NCBI GenBank assembly: GCA_017615125.1
Contig: JAGAAS010000017.1
Coordinates: 6,008-70,007 of the forward strand
Length of the DNA: 64,000 nucleotides
Source: Bacteroidaceae bacterium
Lineage (GTDB): Bacteria > Bacteroidota > Bacteroidia > Bacteroidales > Bacteroidaceae
Direction: 5' to 3'
The notes beneath the pieces were generated by a model. It did no database searches. It was not told the DNA's origin and worked only from the letters and a program-made list of their open reading frames with translations. Made by a program: the position numbers and the translations under genes. Of this stretch, positions 1-9,133 are shown in pieces. The number at the start of each line of letters is the position of its first letter. The first letter of the stretch is position 1.

Positions 1-1086
1 CTGCTCCATGTCGCGGATGATATGCTCGATGGTGTGCTGTTCGGTTTCGTCAAGTTTAAGTGCTTCGATGACGGTAGTGTCGCCCTCGACAATCTTGCTT
101 GCCGCAAAGCGCAGAGGGAGCCCAGACGCCTGGCAATGGTCCTCGATGAGGTGCATGATGCTGTGCAGGCAACGGTGCACGGCGCCTCCATGCTCGTTCT
201 TGTCACAGAAATCCTTGCGTGCGGGACACTCCTGGAAGGAAGCCACATGCACGGCATGCTCTACCAGCTCGTCGATGCCCTCGTTCTTCGCAGCGGAGAT
301 GGGCACGACAGGGATGCCGAGGATGTCCACCATCTCGTTGATACGAACGGAGCCTCCGTTGTTTCGCATCTCGTCCATCATGTTGAGTGCCAGCACCATC
401 GGCACGCCCAGCTCCATGAGCTGAATGGTAAGGTAGAGATTTCGCTCAATGTTGGTGGCATCGACAATGTTGATGATGCCCTTGGGCTTCTCATCGAGGA
501 TGAACTGCCGCGACACGCGTTCCTCTGCCGTGTAGGGCGAGAGGGAATAGACGCCGGGAAGGTCGGCGACGGAGGTGTTGGCATAGCCTCGTATGACGCC
601 GTCCTTACGGTCGACGGTGACACCCGGGAAGTTGCCTACATGCTGGTTGGCGCCCGTGAGCTGATTGAACAGTGTCGTCTTACCGCTGTTCTGCTGCCCT
701 GCCAGCGCGAAGGTAAGGCGTGTATCCTTGGGGAGAGGGTTGGCGTGCTCCTTGTCGTGATACTTGCCTGCCTCGCCCAAGCCCGGGTGCTGTTGCTCAC
801 TTCGGGGAAGGCTCCTGCCAACGACACCCTGAGGGACATCCGTTGCCGACGCCTCCTCCTCGCTGAGCAACGTGACATTTATGTTGCTGGCGTCGGCAAG
901 GCGCAATGTCAGCACATACCCACGAATGAGTATCTCCACAGGGTCGCCCATAGGAGCATACTTCATCATTTTCACAACTACACCGGGGATAATGCCCATA
1001 TCCAGGAAGTGCTGGCGCAGGCTCCCCTCGCCCCCAATAGTCTCTATTACAGCCGATTGGCCTATATGGAGTTTACTTAATTTCAT
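1..1086 (-). CDS. feoB: FeoA-FeoB fusion ferrous iron transporter (N-terminal ~360 aa; gene runs off the left window edge)
   Basis: Absent from the ORF track because there is no stop in the window. Manual minus-strand translation from the ATG at 1086-1084 gives MKLSKLHIGQSAVIETIGGEG... (FeoA-like). A G domain follows with G1 GQQNSGKT, G3 DLPG and G4 NMMD. The + ORF 22..1080 is its antisense shadow. Confidence 0.9.
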   Translation of the reverse strand, partial: MKLSKLHIGQSAVIETIGGEGSLRQHFLDMGIIPGVVVKMMKYAPMGDPVEILIRGYVLTLRLADASNINVTLLSEEEASATDVPQGVVGRSLPRSEQQHPGLGEAGKYHDKEHANPLPKDTRLTFALAGQQNSGKTTLFNQLTGANQHVGNFPGVTVDRKDGVIRGYANTSVADLPGVYSLSPYTAEERVSRQFILDEKPKGIINIVDATNIERNLYLTIQLMELGVPMVLALNMMDEMRNNGGSVRINEMVDILGIPVVPISAAKNEGIDELVEHAVHVASFQECPARKDFCDKNEHGGAVHRCLHSIMHLIEDHCQASGLPLRFAASKIVEGDTTVIEALKLDETEQHTIEHIIRDMEQ

Positions 1087-1112
1087 CTTCTTTGAAATCT
1101 TTTTTTCAAACA

Positions 1113-1120
1113 CAAAGGTA
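1113..1120 (-). promoter_or_regulatory. Bacteroides-type -7 box (TACCTTTG on minus strand) upstream of feoB
   Basis: Plus-strand CAAAGGTA is the reverse complement of TAnnTTTG. It lies 27 bp upstream of the feoB ATG. Confidence 0.45.
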
Positions 1121-1217
1121 CGAAGCCCAAAGGAAAACGGAAATACCGAAAAGTGAGTATTTTTCAGCCAACCCGAACAGCAGGTAACGGGCAGCAAAAG
1201 CACCGAAAAAGAAGTTT

Positions 1218-2147
1218 TCAGGGAACGGCCTTCCAGAGCCTCCCTTGCCAAGTGCCCAGCTCGCGCATACGTCGCTTCAGGCGCTCCACATACTCGTAGT
1301 TCTTCAGTCCCCAGTCGGGAGCGACGAGCAGTTCTTTTGGAGAAGAGGAGACGAAACGCTCGAGCACGATGTCGGGGCGCAAGCGTTCCACATAGCGGAC
1401 TATCAAGCCGATGTATTCGTCCACATCGTAGAGATGGAACGCGGAAGGATTGTCGGCATACTCCCGGGCCATACGTGTGCCTCTGATTATCTGCAGTTGA
1501 TGAAGCTTGAGGATATCCAGCGGCAGCGCCGAGAGCAGCTCGGGCTGACGCAGCATCTCCTCCTCATCCTCTCCCGGCAGCCCGAGAATCATATGCGCCC
1601 CCACGGGGATTCCTCGCGCTGCCGTACGGCGGATGGCCTCCTCAGACTGGGCAAAGGTGTGCCCGCGGTTGACACGAAGCAACGTGGCGTCGTTCATGCT
1701 CTCAACGCCATACTCAACTAGCACGAAAGTCTGCTCGGAGAGCCGCTGCAAGTAGTCGAGCAAAGCATCGGGCATGCAGTCGGGGCGCGTGCCGATGACA
1801 AGCCCGACGACGCCGGGAACCGACAGAGCCTCCTCGTAGAGCGCCTTGAGCCGTTCCAGCTCGCCGTACGTATTCGTATAGGCCTGGAAGTAAGCCAGGT
1901 ATTTCATGTCGGGATACTTGTGGGCAAAGAACGCGACGCCCTCCTCCACCTGCTGATGCACGGGATGACGTGCCTCGCAGTAGACAGGATTGAAGGTACG
2001 GTTGTCGCAATAGGTGCAGCCTCCCGTTCCCAGCGTGCCGTCTCGGTTGGGACAGGTGAAGCCCGCATCCACCGAGATCTTCTGCACGCGGCACGAAAAC
2101 CTGCGGCGCATGAACGAGGGAAAATCGTAATAAAGAGACTCAGCCAT
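1218..2147 (-). CDS. TIGR01212-family radical SAM protein (YhcC-like)
   Basis: 309-aa ORF. Cys cluster CPNRDGTLGTGGCTYC is typical of this radical SAM subfamily, and length and layout fit. Confidence 0.85.
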   Translation of the reverse strand: MAESLYYDFPSFMRRRFSCRVQKISVDAGFTCPNRDGTLGTGGCTYCDNRTFNPVYCEARHPVHQQVEEGVAFFAHKYPDMKYLAYFQAYTNTYGELERLKALYEEALSVPGVVGLVIGTRPDCMPDALLDYLQRLSEQTFVLVEYGVESMNDATLLRVNRGHTFAQSEEAIRRTAARGIPVGAHMILGLPGEDEEEMLRQPELLSALPLDILKLHQLQIIRGTRMAREYADNPSAFHLYDVDEYIGLIVRYVERLRPDIVLERFVSSSPKELLVAPDWGLKNYEYVERLKRRMRELGTWQGRLWKAVP

Positions 2148-2169
2148 ACCTTCAGCAAAAAAGTCGCCA

Positions 2170-2177
2170 CAAAAGTA
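2170..2177 (-). promoter_or_regulatory. -7 box (TACTTTTG on minus) for the radical SAM gene
   Basis: Plus-strand CAAAAGTA lies 23 bp upstream of the ATG at 2147. Confidence 0.45.
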
Positions 2178-2220
2178 ATGAAAAAAGCGGAAAACATTTG
2201 CAAAAGCCAGCCGAAAGCAT

Positions 2221-2228
2221 TATCTTTG
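2221..2228 (+). promoter_or_regulatory. -7 box TATCTTTG upstream of the DPP-IV gene
   Basis: Exact TAnnTTTG, 32 bp before the ATG at 2260. A TTTG at 2197-2200 sits about 20 bp upstream and is -33-like. Confidence 0.5.
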
Positions 2229-2259
2229 TATCAAAAATAGAACCCTATTCAACGCAGAT

Positions 2260-4533
2260 ATGAAAAGACTGTTTTCCATCCTCTCCGCTCTTGCCGTCAG
2301 CACAGCCGTGCTGGCATCAGCTAACGTCCTTGACCTGAAGTCCGTCGCCAACTATGGCTTCTATGCCCGTTCGCTGGGCGGTGTGAAACCTCTTGCCGAC
2401 GGAGAGCATTACGCACAGATTAGCAACGAGCGGAACGCCATCCTCCGCTTCTCGTTCCAGACAGGACAAGTTGTCGACACGCTGTTCTCGACAAGCAATT
2501 GCCGCGGATGCGACTTCACACGCTTCGACGGATACATTCTTTCTCCGCAGGAGGACAAAATCCTCATCCAGACGAAGACGAAGAGCATCTACCGCCGCTC
2601 CTTCACTGCCGAGTACTACCTCTACAGCGTAGCCAACAAGAAGATGGAACCCCTCTCGAAGGGAGGCCCGCAGCAGGTGCCCTCCTTCTCGCCCGACGGC
2701 AAGATGATTGCCTTCGTGCGCGACAACAATCTCTTCCTCGTGAAGCTCATGTTCAACAACGCCGAGTCGCAAATCACTACCGACGGCGTCAGGAACGAAG
2801 TCATCAACGGGCATGCCGACTGGGTGTACGAGGAGGAATTCTCGATGAACAGCTTCTACGAGTTCAGCGCCGACAGCAAGATGATTGCCTACGTGAAGAG
2901 CGTCGAGAAGGAAGTGCCCGAGTACTCCTTCCCGATGTTCAAGGGCTTGGCCCCCTCGCTGCAGGACTACGACCTCTATCCCGGCGCCTATACCTATAAA
3001 TATCCCGTGCCAGGCGTGAAGAACTCTACCGTCACCGTCCATACGTTCGACATCAAGTCGACAGTAACCCGCCAGGTGGATGTTCCCCTCGATGAAGACG
3101 GATACATCCCCCGCATCCACTTCACCGACATGAAAGATGCCGAAGGAAACCAGAACCAGCTGGCTATCGTCACCCTCAACCGCCATCAGGACCGTATGGA
3201 CATCTACATGGGCAACGCGCGCAGCACCGTCTGCAAGCTCATCCTCCGTGAAGAGGCCAACATGGGCTGGCTCAACGAGCCCACCTACCAGGATATCGAA
3301 TGGATAGAGAACGGATTCGTCATGCAGAGCGAGAGAACGGGGCACAATCACCTCTACCAGTATGACCTGAACGGCAGGCTCGTGCGCACGCTCACTTCCG
3401 GCAACTGGGAGGTAACGAGGTTCTGCGGATTCGACCCGAAGACAGGCGACGCCTACTACGAGAGCTGCGAGCCCTCGCCCCTGCAGCGCGCTATCTACAA
3501 GGTAGACAAGAAGGGACGCAAGACTGCCATTACTGCCACGAAGGGTACCCACAGCGGCATCTTCAGCAAGAACATGAAGTACTTCATCCACTCGGCATCC
3601 GCCCTCGACGAGCCTTCCTTTACCGTGCTGGAGACTACCGCCAAGCCCTTGCTCGGAGCCACCCTCGACGACTACAAAGCCAAACACGCCAACATTCTCG
3701 TCTCCAACGAGCATCTGAAGACGCAACTCACAGGCGAAGGAATGCCAACGAGGGAGTTCTTCTCCTTCACGACAGCCGACGGCATCACGCTCAACGGATG
3801 GATGGTGAAGCCCGTTGGAGCCGACTTGCAGTCGTCTGCAAAGCAATACCCCGTGCTACTCTATCAGTACAGCGGGCCCGACTCCCAGTCCGTCACCGAC
3901 AGCTGGGGCAACGGCTTCTTCGGAGGGCTCTCCTACGAGACATACCTCGCGCAGCAAGGCATCGTCGTTGCCTGCGTCGACGGGCGCGGAACGGGCTTCC
4001 GAGGCGAGGAGTTCAAGAAATGCACCTACCTGAAGCTCGGCTTGCTCGAAGCTCGCGATCAGGCTGAGACAGCCCGCTATCTGGGTTCCTTGCCAGGCAT
4101 CGACGCCAAGCACATTGCCATTTGGGGCTGGAGCTACGGAGGGTTCATGACGCTGATGGCGATGAGCGAGGCTCCCGTGTTCTGCGCAGGCATCGCCGTT
4201 GCTCCACCCACCTGCTGGAGGTACTACGACAGCGTTTACACCGAACGGTTCATGCGCACGCCTGGGGAAAACGGCGAGGGGTACAGCACAGCCTCAGCCA
4301 TCGCCCGCGCTCCCAAGCTCGAAGGACATCTTCTCCTCGTACACGGAATGGCTGACGACAACGTTCACTTCCGAAACAGCGCCGAATATGCCGAAGCCCT
4401 CGTGCAGGCAGACAAACAGTTCGAGATGCAAGTGTACACAAACCGCAATCACGGCATCTCGGGAGGAAACACGCGCTACCACTTGTTCCAGCGGATGACA
4501 AACTTCCTCAACCGCGAGCTCCTGAGCAAATAG
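2260..4533 (+). CDS. Dipeptidyl-peptidase IV (S9B prolyl oligopeptidase family), secreted
   Basis: 757-aa ORF with signal peptide, N-terminal beta-propeller-type region and C-terminal alpha/beta hydrolase carrying GWSYGG. Confidence 0.9.
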   Translation: MKRLFSILSALAVSTAVLASANVLDLKSVANYGFYARSLGGVKPLADGEHYAQISNERNAILRFSFQTGQVVDTLFSTSNCRGCDFTRFDGYILSPQEDKILIQTKTKSIYRRSFTAEYYLYSVANKKMEPLSKGGPQQVPSFSPDGKMIAFVRDNNLFLVKLMFNNAESQITTDGVRNEVINGHADWVYEEEFSMNSFYEFSADSKMIAYVKSVEKEVPEYSFPMFKGLAPSLQDYDLYPGAYTYKYPVPGVKNSTVTVHTFDIKSTVTRQVDVPLDEDGYIPRIHFTDMKDAEGNQNQLAIVTLNRHQDRMDIYMGNARSTVCKLILREEANMGWLNEPTYQDIEWIENGFVMQSERTGHNHLYQYDLNGRLVRTLTSGNWEVTRFCGFDPKTGDAYYESCEPSPLQRAIYKVDKKGRKTAITATKGTHSGIFSKNMKYFIHSASALDEPSFTVLETTAKPLLGATLDDYKAKHANILVSNEHLKTQLTGEGMPTREFFSFTTADGITLNGWMVKPVGADLQSSAKQYPVLLYQYSGPDSQSVTDSWGNGFFGGLSYETYLAQQGIVVACVDGRGTGFRGEEFKKCTYLKLGLLEARDQAETARYLGSLPGIDAKHIAIWGWSYGGFMTLMAMSEAPVFCAGIAVAPPTCWRYYDSVYTERFMRTPGENGEGYSTASAIARAPKLEGHLLLVHGMADDNVHFRNSAEYAEALVQADKQFEMQVYTNRNHGISGGNTRYHLFQRMTNFLNRELLSK

Positions 4534-4607
4534 CCCTTTCGCTCACATCAGCAACGAAAGGAACACCTATCCTTCTCTGCATCCCGAAGCCTCACAAGAA
4601 GCCTAAG

Positions 4608-4641
4608 AAAAAAGCCAGGCGCGATTCACATCGTGCCTGGC
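4608..4641 (-). terminator. Hairpin plus T-run (read on minus strand)
   Basis: GCCAGGCGCG...CGTGCCTGGC stem (one mismatch). It is preceded on the plus strand by AAAAAA, which is a T-run on the minus strand. Confidence 0.35.
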
Positions 4642-4744
4642 CCAAATTAACTAACCTTTTTTAACCTGTCAACTAAAATAACTTAGTCAACTATATGACA
4701 ACGTTTAGAAATAAAGGTTTAAAGAAGAACACATAATTTGCTGA

Positions 4745-4995
4745 AAAATTTTTCTTTCCCTTCATTAAAAGAACGCTAACTGACTCCAGAGTATTGTTTG
4801 AAAAGAGATTAAGAAACAAAAAAAGTTTTTCCTTTCCTCCTCTTTTTTCTTTCTCCAGCGCAAATTTTCCCTTCTCGAAAAACATTTTTCCCTTCTCGAA
4901 AATAAAAAATGGAGAAGGGAAAAATTTTTTTTCTTTCTACATCTCGCGAGATTCCTTCTTCATACGGCGAGATTCTTTGAGCATATTTTCCAGAC
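4745..4995. repeat. Intergenic mosaic repeat family, copy 1
   Basis: Contains TTTTCCCTTCTCGAAAA twice, a perfect 13-bp hairpin (4885-4897/4912-4924) and the 73-nt core 4917-4989 shared 71/73 with 13388-13460. Confidence 0.8.
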
Positions 4996-5001
4996 GAGAA
5001 G

Positions 5002-5718
5002 TTATTTTCCCAAAAGGAAGATGCAAGGCACTTTGTCGATGGGCGGCGCGGGAAGGCGCTTCCATTCCGACACAGAATGCGTTACCGCGTATTCATTCTC
5101 ACAAGTGAGCCCAGCAGCAACGCAGACACGCGTCTGAGGGCGACAGGACGAAAGGATGTCGGCAAACATCTTCAGATTGCGATAAGGAGTCTCTATGAAC
5201 AGCTGTGTCTGCCCTTCGGCATAGGCTCGGGACTCCAGCGTCTTCAACGCCTTTCCCCGCTCGCGGGCATCGATGGGAAGATACCCGTGAAAGGCGAAAC
5301 TCTGCCCGCAGAGTCCGCTCGCCATCACCGAGAGGATGATGCTCGAAGGCCCCACAAGGGGCACCACCTTCCACCCTTTCCGCTGACAGATGCTGACGAC
5401 ATCGGCTCCTGGGTCGGCAACAGCAGGGCAGCCAGCCTCGGAGATGACCCCTATTGACTCCCCTCGCGCCAGAGGCTCGAGAAACATCGCAACGGTTTCA
5501 ACGGGGGTGTGCCTGTTGAGCACGCTGAACGTGAGCGCATCAATGTCGATAGCCGGCTCCACCTTTTTCAGAAAACGCCGCGCCGAGCGCTCATTCTCAA
5601 CGATATAGTGCCGAAGCCCCACGATGACTTCGCGATTGTACGAGGGCAAGACTTTTTCTACGGGTGTGTCGCCTAAGGTAACGGGGATGAGATAAAGTGC
5701 TGACATATAAGGAATCAT
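5002..5718 (-). CDS. SAM-dependent methyltransferase, tetrapyrrole-methylase fold (RsmI-like)
   Basis: 238-aa ORF with LYLIPVTLGD N-terminus and an EAGCPAVADPG segment typical of the TP_methylase/RsmI fold. The start may be the MSALYL Met at 5706. TAATG overlap with the upstream ogt stop. Confidence 0.7.
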   Translation of the reverse strand: MIPYMSALYLIPVTLGDTPVEKVLPSYNREVIVGLRHYIVENERSARRFLKKVEPAIDIDALTFSVLNRHTPVETVAMFLEPLARGESIGVISEAGCPAVADPGADVVSICQRKGWKVVPLVGPSSIILSVMASGLCGQSFAFHGYLPIDARERGKALKTLESRAYAEGQTQLFIETPYRNLKMFADILSSCRPQTRVCVAAGLTCENEYAVTHSVSEWKRLPAPPIDKVPCIFLLGK

Positions 5719-6275
5719 TACAAATCAGAAAATAAGTCCGGATTCTCCCGAAAAGGCAACGCCCTCCCAGTTTTCTCCATCTGGAGGAGCCAGGCTTTCC
5801 TGTCGATGCCGGCAGCATAGCCTGTCAACGAGCCATTCGTTCCCACAACGCGATGACAGGGGATGATAAGCGAAATGGGGTTACGCGCGACAGCACCTCC
5901 CACAGCCTGCGCTGACATTGAGGGAAGTCCCCGCACGTAGGCAACACGTTGCGCCAACTCGCCATACGTCATCGTCTCGCCGAAAGGGATGAAAAGCAAC
6001 TGTTTCCATACACATTGCTGGAACTCAGAACCTTTTGGGTTGAGCGGAGGAGTGAAGGGAGGCTCGATACCGCAGAAGAAGAAGGAGGAAAGCCAAGTGC
6101 GTACATCCTTAAAAAGAGGCAAGTCGTCGCGCTGTGTGTGACAGGAAGGAAGCCCTTCAGCGAAGTGTTTCTGCCCGTCAAACCAAAGTCCCGTCAACGC
6201 CTTTCCGTCGCTGGCAAGAGTAATTCTGTCAAGAGGCGAATCGTAATACGCGATGTAGGACGTTGGAGTCTCCAT
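5718..6275 (-). CDS. ogt: Methylated-DNA--protein-cysteine methyltransferase
   Basis: 185 aa with active-site PCHRV motif (IIPCHRVVG). Confidence 0.9.
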   Translation of the reverse strand: METPTSYIAYYDSPLDRITLASDGKALTGLWFDGQKHFAEGLPSCHTQRDDLPLFKDVRTWLSSFFFCGIEPPFTPPLNPKGSEFQQCVWKQLLFIPFGETMTYGELAQRVAYVRGLPSMSAQAVGGAVARNPISLIIPCHRVVGTNGSLTGYAAGIDRKAWLLQMEKTGRALPFRENPDLFSDL

Positions 6276-6325
6276 TTGCTCATTGCTTTTTTATGCCCGT
6301 CGAGAAGAATCCGAAACACACGTTG

Positions 6326-6333
6326 CAAAAATA
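6326..6333 (-). promoter_or_regulatory. -7 box (TATTTTTG on minus) for ogt and the methyltransferase
   Basis: Plus-strand CAAAAATA lies 51 bp upstream of the ogt ATG. Confidence 0.35.
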
Positions 6334-6506
6334 AGACAATTCTTTCAAAAGAGCCCCCACCTGTGCCCTCTTTTTAAAAGAAGGAAGAAAAAACTTCGGA
6401 TTTATTTTGTTCTTCGCACGGCTCGTACTATCTTTAACTCTGTTGTTTTAGATAGGCTGCGGCTCGGAAATACTCAAATAAATTTGGTATTTCTCTCGCC
6501 TTGCAC

Positions 6507-6514
6507 TATCTTTG
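6507..6514 (+). promoter_or_regulatory. -7 box TATCTTTG upstream of the GH28 gene
   Basis: Exact TAnnTTTG, 46 bp before the ATG at 6560. Confidence 0.4.
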
Positions 6515-6559
6515 TAATCGGAAAAAATTGACTCAATTTCATTTCTTATCAAATATTCA

Positions 6560-8164
6560 ATGAGAACCGCCCGAATCCCCTTCTTCGTATGGCTGGCAAT
6601 AGCATCTGCCGTATTGTGCGGCTGCCAGAGCGCCTCCGTTACCGAGTATCCCATCGATAAGAGCATCTACAAGAAGCTTCCCTTCAAGATGGAAGTAGTG
6701 GAGCAGCCCTCGTTCCCCGACTACCGAGTCAGCATCACCGACTTCGGAGCCGTTCCTGACGGGAAGACACTTTGCCATGAGGCTATCAACAAAGCTATCG
6801 ATGCCGTGAGTGCTCACGGAGGAGGCACCGTCGTGATTCCTTCCGGGCTTTGGCTTGCTGGGCCCATCGAGCTGAAAAGCAACGTCAACCTTTACTCCGA
6901 GCACGGGGCATTAATTTACTTCAGCGACGACCACTCGCTCTATCCCATCATCGAGACGAACTTCGAGGGGCTTGATACGCGGCGCTGCACATCGCCCATC
7001 TCAGCCTGGAATTGCGAGAACATTGCGATTACGGGACACGGGGTGTTCGACGGCAACGGCGATACCTGGCGTGCTGTGAAGAAAAGCAAGCTCACCGAAA
7101 GCCAATGGAAAAACCTTCTCAAGAAGGGAGGCGTGACGCTGGGCGACACCTGGTATCCGAGCGAGGGAAGCATCAAGGGCATGCTGGCATGCAAGGATTT
7201 CAACAACCCCTCAGGCATCGAGACAGCCGAGCAGTGGGACAGCATCCGCGACTGGCTTCGCCCTGTGCTGCTCAACATCGTTCACTCACGCAAGGTGCTC
7301 ATCGAGGGATGCACATTCAAGAACTCGCCAGCCTGGTGCCTCCATCCAAGAGGCTGCAATCATATCACCCTCCACAACGTTACCGTCAACAACCCCTGGT
7401 ACTCGCAGAACGGCGATGCCCTTGACCTCGAGTCGTGCACAAATGCGATTATTGCAGGATGCCACTTCGACGCCGGCGACGACGCTATCTGCATCAAGTC
7501 GGGCAAGGATGAAGACGGACGCCGGCATGCAGAGCCCGCGCGGGGAATTATTATCACTGACAACGTCGTCTATCACGGGCACGGAGGATTTGTCGTCGGC
7601 AGCGAAATGAGCGGAGGAGTGCAGAACATCTGGGTAAACAACTGCACCTTTATGGGTACTGACGTAGGTTTGCGCTTCAAGAGCTGCCGCGGGCGAGGAG
7701 GCCTGGTGGAAAACATTTACATCAGCAACATCAACATGATAAATATCATCTCGGAAGCCATCATCTTCAATCTTTTCTATACAGGAAAAGCCCGCGGAGA
7801 GGAAGTGACGTACGACGATGAAGGGAACGCCACATCTGTTGAACTGCCTGCTGTGGACGAAACCACACCTGTTTTTCGCAACATCTTTGTCGAAGATGTC
7901 ATCTGCAAAGGAGCTGGACGTGCTGTCTTCTTCAACGGCTTGCCCGAGAAACGCATCGAGAACATCCACATGGACCGCTTCACTGTTACCGAAGCGAAGG
8001 AGGGTGCTGTCTTCTGCGAGGCACAGGACATCACGCTTAACAACCTACATATCGAGACCCTCAAGCCTGGTCCTGCCTGCCGCATGAGCGGTGTAGCAAA
8101 TGTTTCTGTCGATGGTACTACGTACGACAAGATAGGTGCCGAGCGTGAAATTCCCTTGAAGTAA
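6560..8164 (+). CDS. Glycoside hydrolase family 28 (polygalacturonase / exo-galacturonosidase), lipoprotein
   Basis: 534 aa with lipobox LCGC. GH28 signature blocks present: NGDALD, GDDAICIKSG, GHGGFVVGSE, RFKS. Confidence 0.9.
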   Translation: MRTARIPFFVWLAIASAVLCGCQSASVTEYPIDKSIYKKLPFKMEVVEQPSFPDYRVSITDFGAVPDGKTLCHEAINKAIDAVSAHGGGTVVIPSGLWLAGPIELKSNVNLYSEHGALIYFSDDHSLYPIIETNFEGLDTRRCTSPISAWNCENIAITGHGVFDGNGDTWRAVKKSKLTESQWKNLLKKGGVTLGDTWYPSEGSIKGMLACKDFNNPSGIETAEQWDSIRDWLRPVLLNIVHSRKVLIEGCTFKNSPAWCLHPRGCNHITLHNVTVNNPWYSQNGDALDLESCTNAIIAGCHFDAGDDAICIKSGKDEDGRRHAEPARGIIITDNVVYHGHGGFVVGSEMSGGVQNIWVNNCTFMGTDVGLRFKSCRGRGGLVENIYISNINMINIISEAIIFNLFYTGKARGEEVTYDDEGNATSVELPAVDETTPVFRNIFVEDVICKGAGRAVFFNGLPEKRIENIHMDRFTVTEAKEGAVFCEAQDITLNNLHIETLKPGPACRMSGVANVSVDGTTYDKIGAEREIPLK

Positions 8165-8185
8165 ACCGCCATTCTTTTCATTATT

Positions 8186-9127
8186 ATGAGACGCCATTTA
8201 TTTGTCCTTTTCGCTTTATTGTCAGCCTTCACTTGCCAACTCTCGGCGCAGGTCTATGCCGAAATGCTCCTCAGCGACAAGAAAGGAGACCATAAGCCCA
8301 TACAGTCGCTGAGCGTGCCCGGCAACATTGATGTTTATAACAATTTGCATCATCATGGGCCTGCCTTCGAAAGCAACCTCGTTGGCTACCGCATTTATTT
8401 CGATCATCGGCAAACGGTTGACATCTACGGCAAGCGCCATCAAGGGCTCGAGTTTTCCCACACACAGTTTTATCCCACAGCGGAAGACATCGACAACGGC
8501 TACGGCGATGATGTCCTTTGGGCTGGAACGACCGTTTCCGTTGGCTCATTCCGCGGAATGACAAACGGCAAGCCTTCCTTTATCGAGCCCGTTGCAATGC
8601 GTACCGAGAGCATCCTGGAATACGGTCCTCAGCGTACGGTAGTGGAAGTTCTCGATAAAGGATGGGAATATGAAGGACAACTTCTTGACATGAAACAAAC
8701 CTACACGCTTGAATCGGGACATCGCGACGTTCGCGTAGATATAGAGATTATGTGTAAGGAAGCCATAAGAGGTACTTTCTGCACAGGCGTCAGGCTCTTC
8801 CCCGAAGGTATGGAGAAACAATCCGAAGGTTCTGTCGCCACGTGGGGCTCAAACTGGGCATACGGGCCCAAAGACACCACAGACATCAAGAAGAAGGCAA
8901 CCGTAGGCCTTGCCGTCTGTGTTCCCAACCAGAAAGTCGTCCGAAGCATTGAGAAGGATAATGAAAACATGCTTATCATCCTAGGAACCAAACACCCGAA
9001 GAAAACCCTCCGATTTACGTATTACCTCGCTTTCTGTTCGGCAAAGGAAGAATGGGAAGGTTCCTTCCATACCCCCGAAGCCTGGTTCGCCTGGGTGGAT
9101 GCATGGAAAAAAGAACTGGAGAAATAG
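8186..9127 (+). CDS. DUF4861-like protein (pectin-locus associated), secreted
   Basis: 313 aa with signal peptide. The HGPAFESNLVGYRIYFDHRQTVDIYGK block resembles the DUF4861 signature as I recall it. Sits directly after GH28. Confidence 0.6.
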   Translation: MRRHLFVLFALLSAFTCQLSAQVYAEMLLSDKKGDHKPIQSLSVPGNIDVYNNLHHHGPAFESNLVGYRIYFDHRQTVDIYGKRHQGLEFSHTQFYPTAEDIDNGYGDDVLWAGTTVSVGSFRGMTNGKPSFIEPVAMRTESILEYGPQRTVVEVLDKGWEYEGQLLDMKQTYTLESGHRDVRVDIEIMCKEAIRGTFCTGVRLFPEGMEKQSEGSVATWGSNWAYGPKDTTDIKKKATVGLAVCVPNQKVVRSIEKDNENMLIILGTKHPKKTLRFTYYLAFCSAKEEWEGSFHTPEAWFAWVDAWKKELEK

Positions 9128-9133
9128 GAAAGG

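Noticed and set aside
22-1080. 352-aa plus-strand ORF (and the overlapping 8..424 ORF)
   Set aside because: It is an antisense shadow of feoB. The translation is Arg/His/Val/Leu-rich with no motifs, while the opposite strand gives a textbook FeoA-FeoB N-terminus.
2317-3846. 509-aa minus-strand ORF inside the DPP-IV gene
   Set aside because: Typical long antisense ORF of a GC-rich gene, with Val/Gly/Arg/His-rich composition. The sense strand carries the S9 peptidase motifs.
4691-5108. Small ORFs generated by the repeat family (4691..4885, 4794..5108, 13133..13384, 13258..13494, 16835..17213 set, 36628..36849, 41538..41873, 60586..60852)
   Set aside because: Their translations are Phe/Ser/Lys/Arg low-complexity strings that mirror the A/T-rich repeats. 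Several overlap each other on both strands, and there are no start-site signals.
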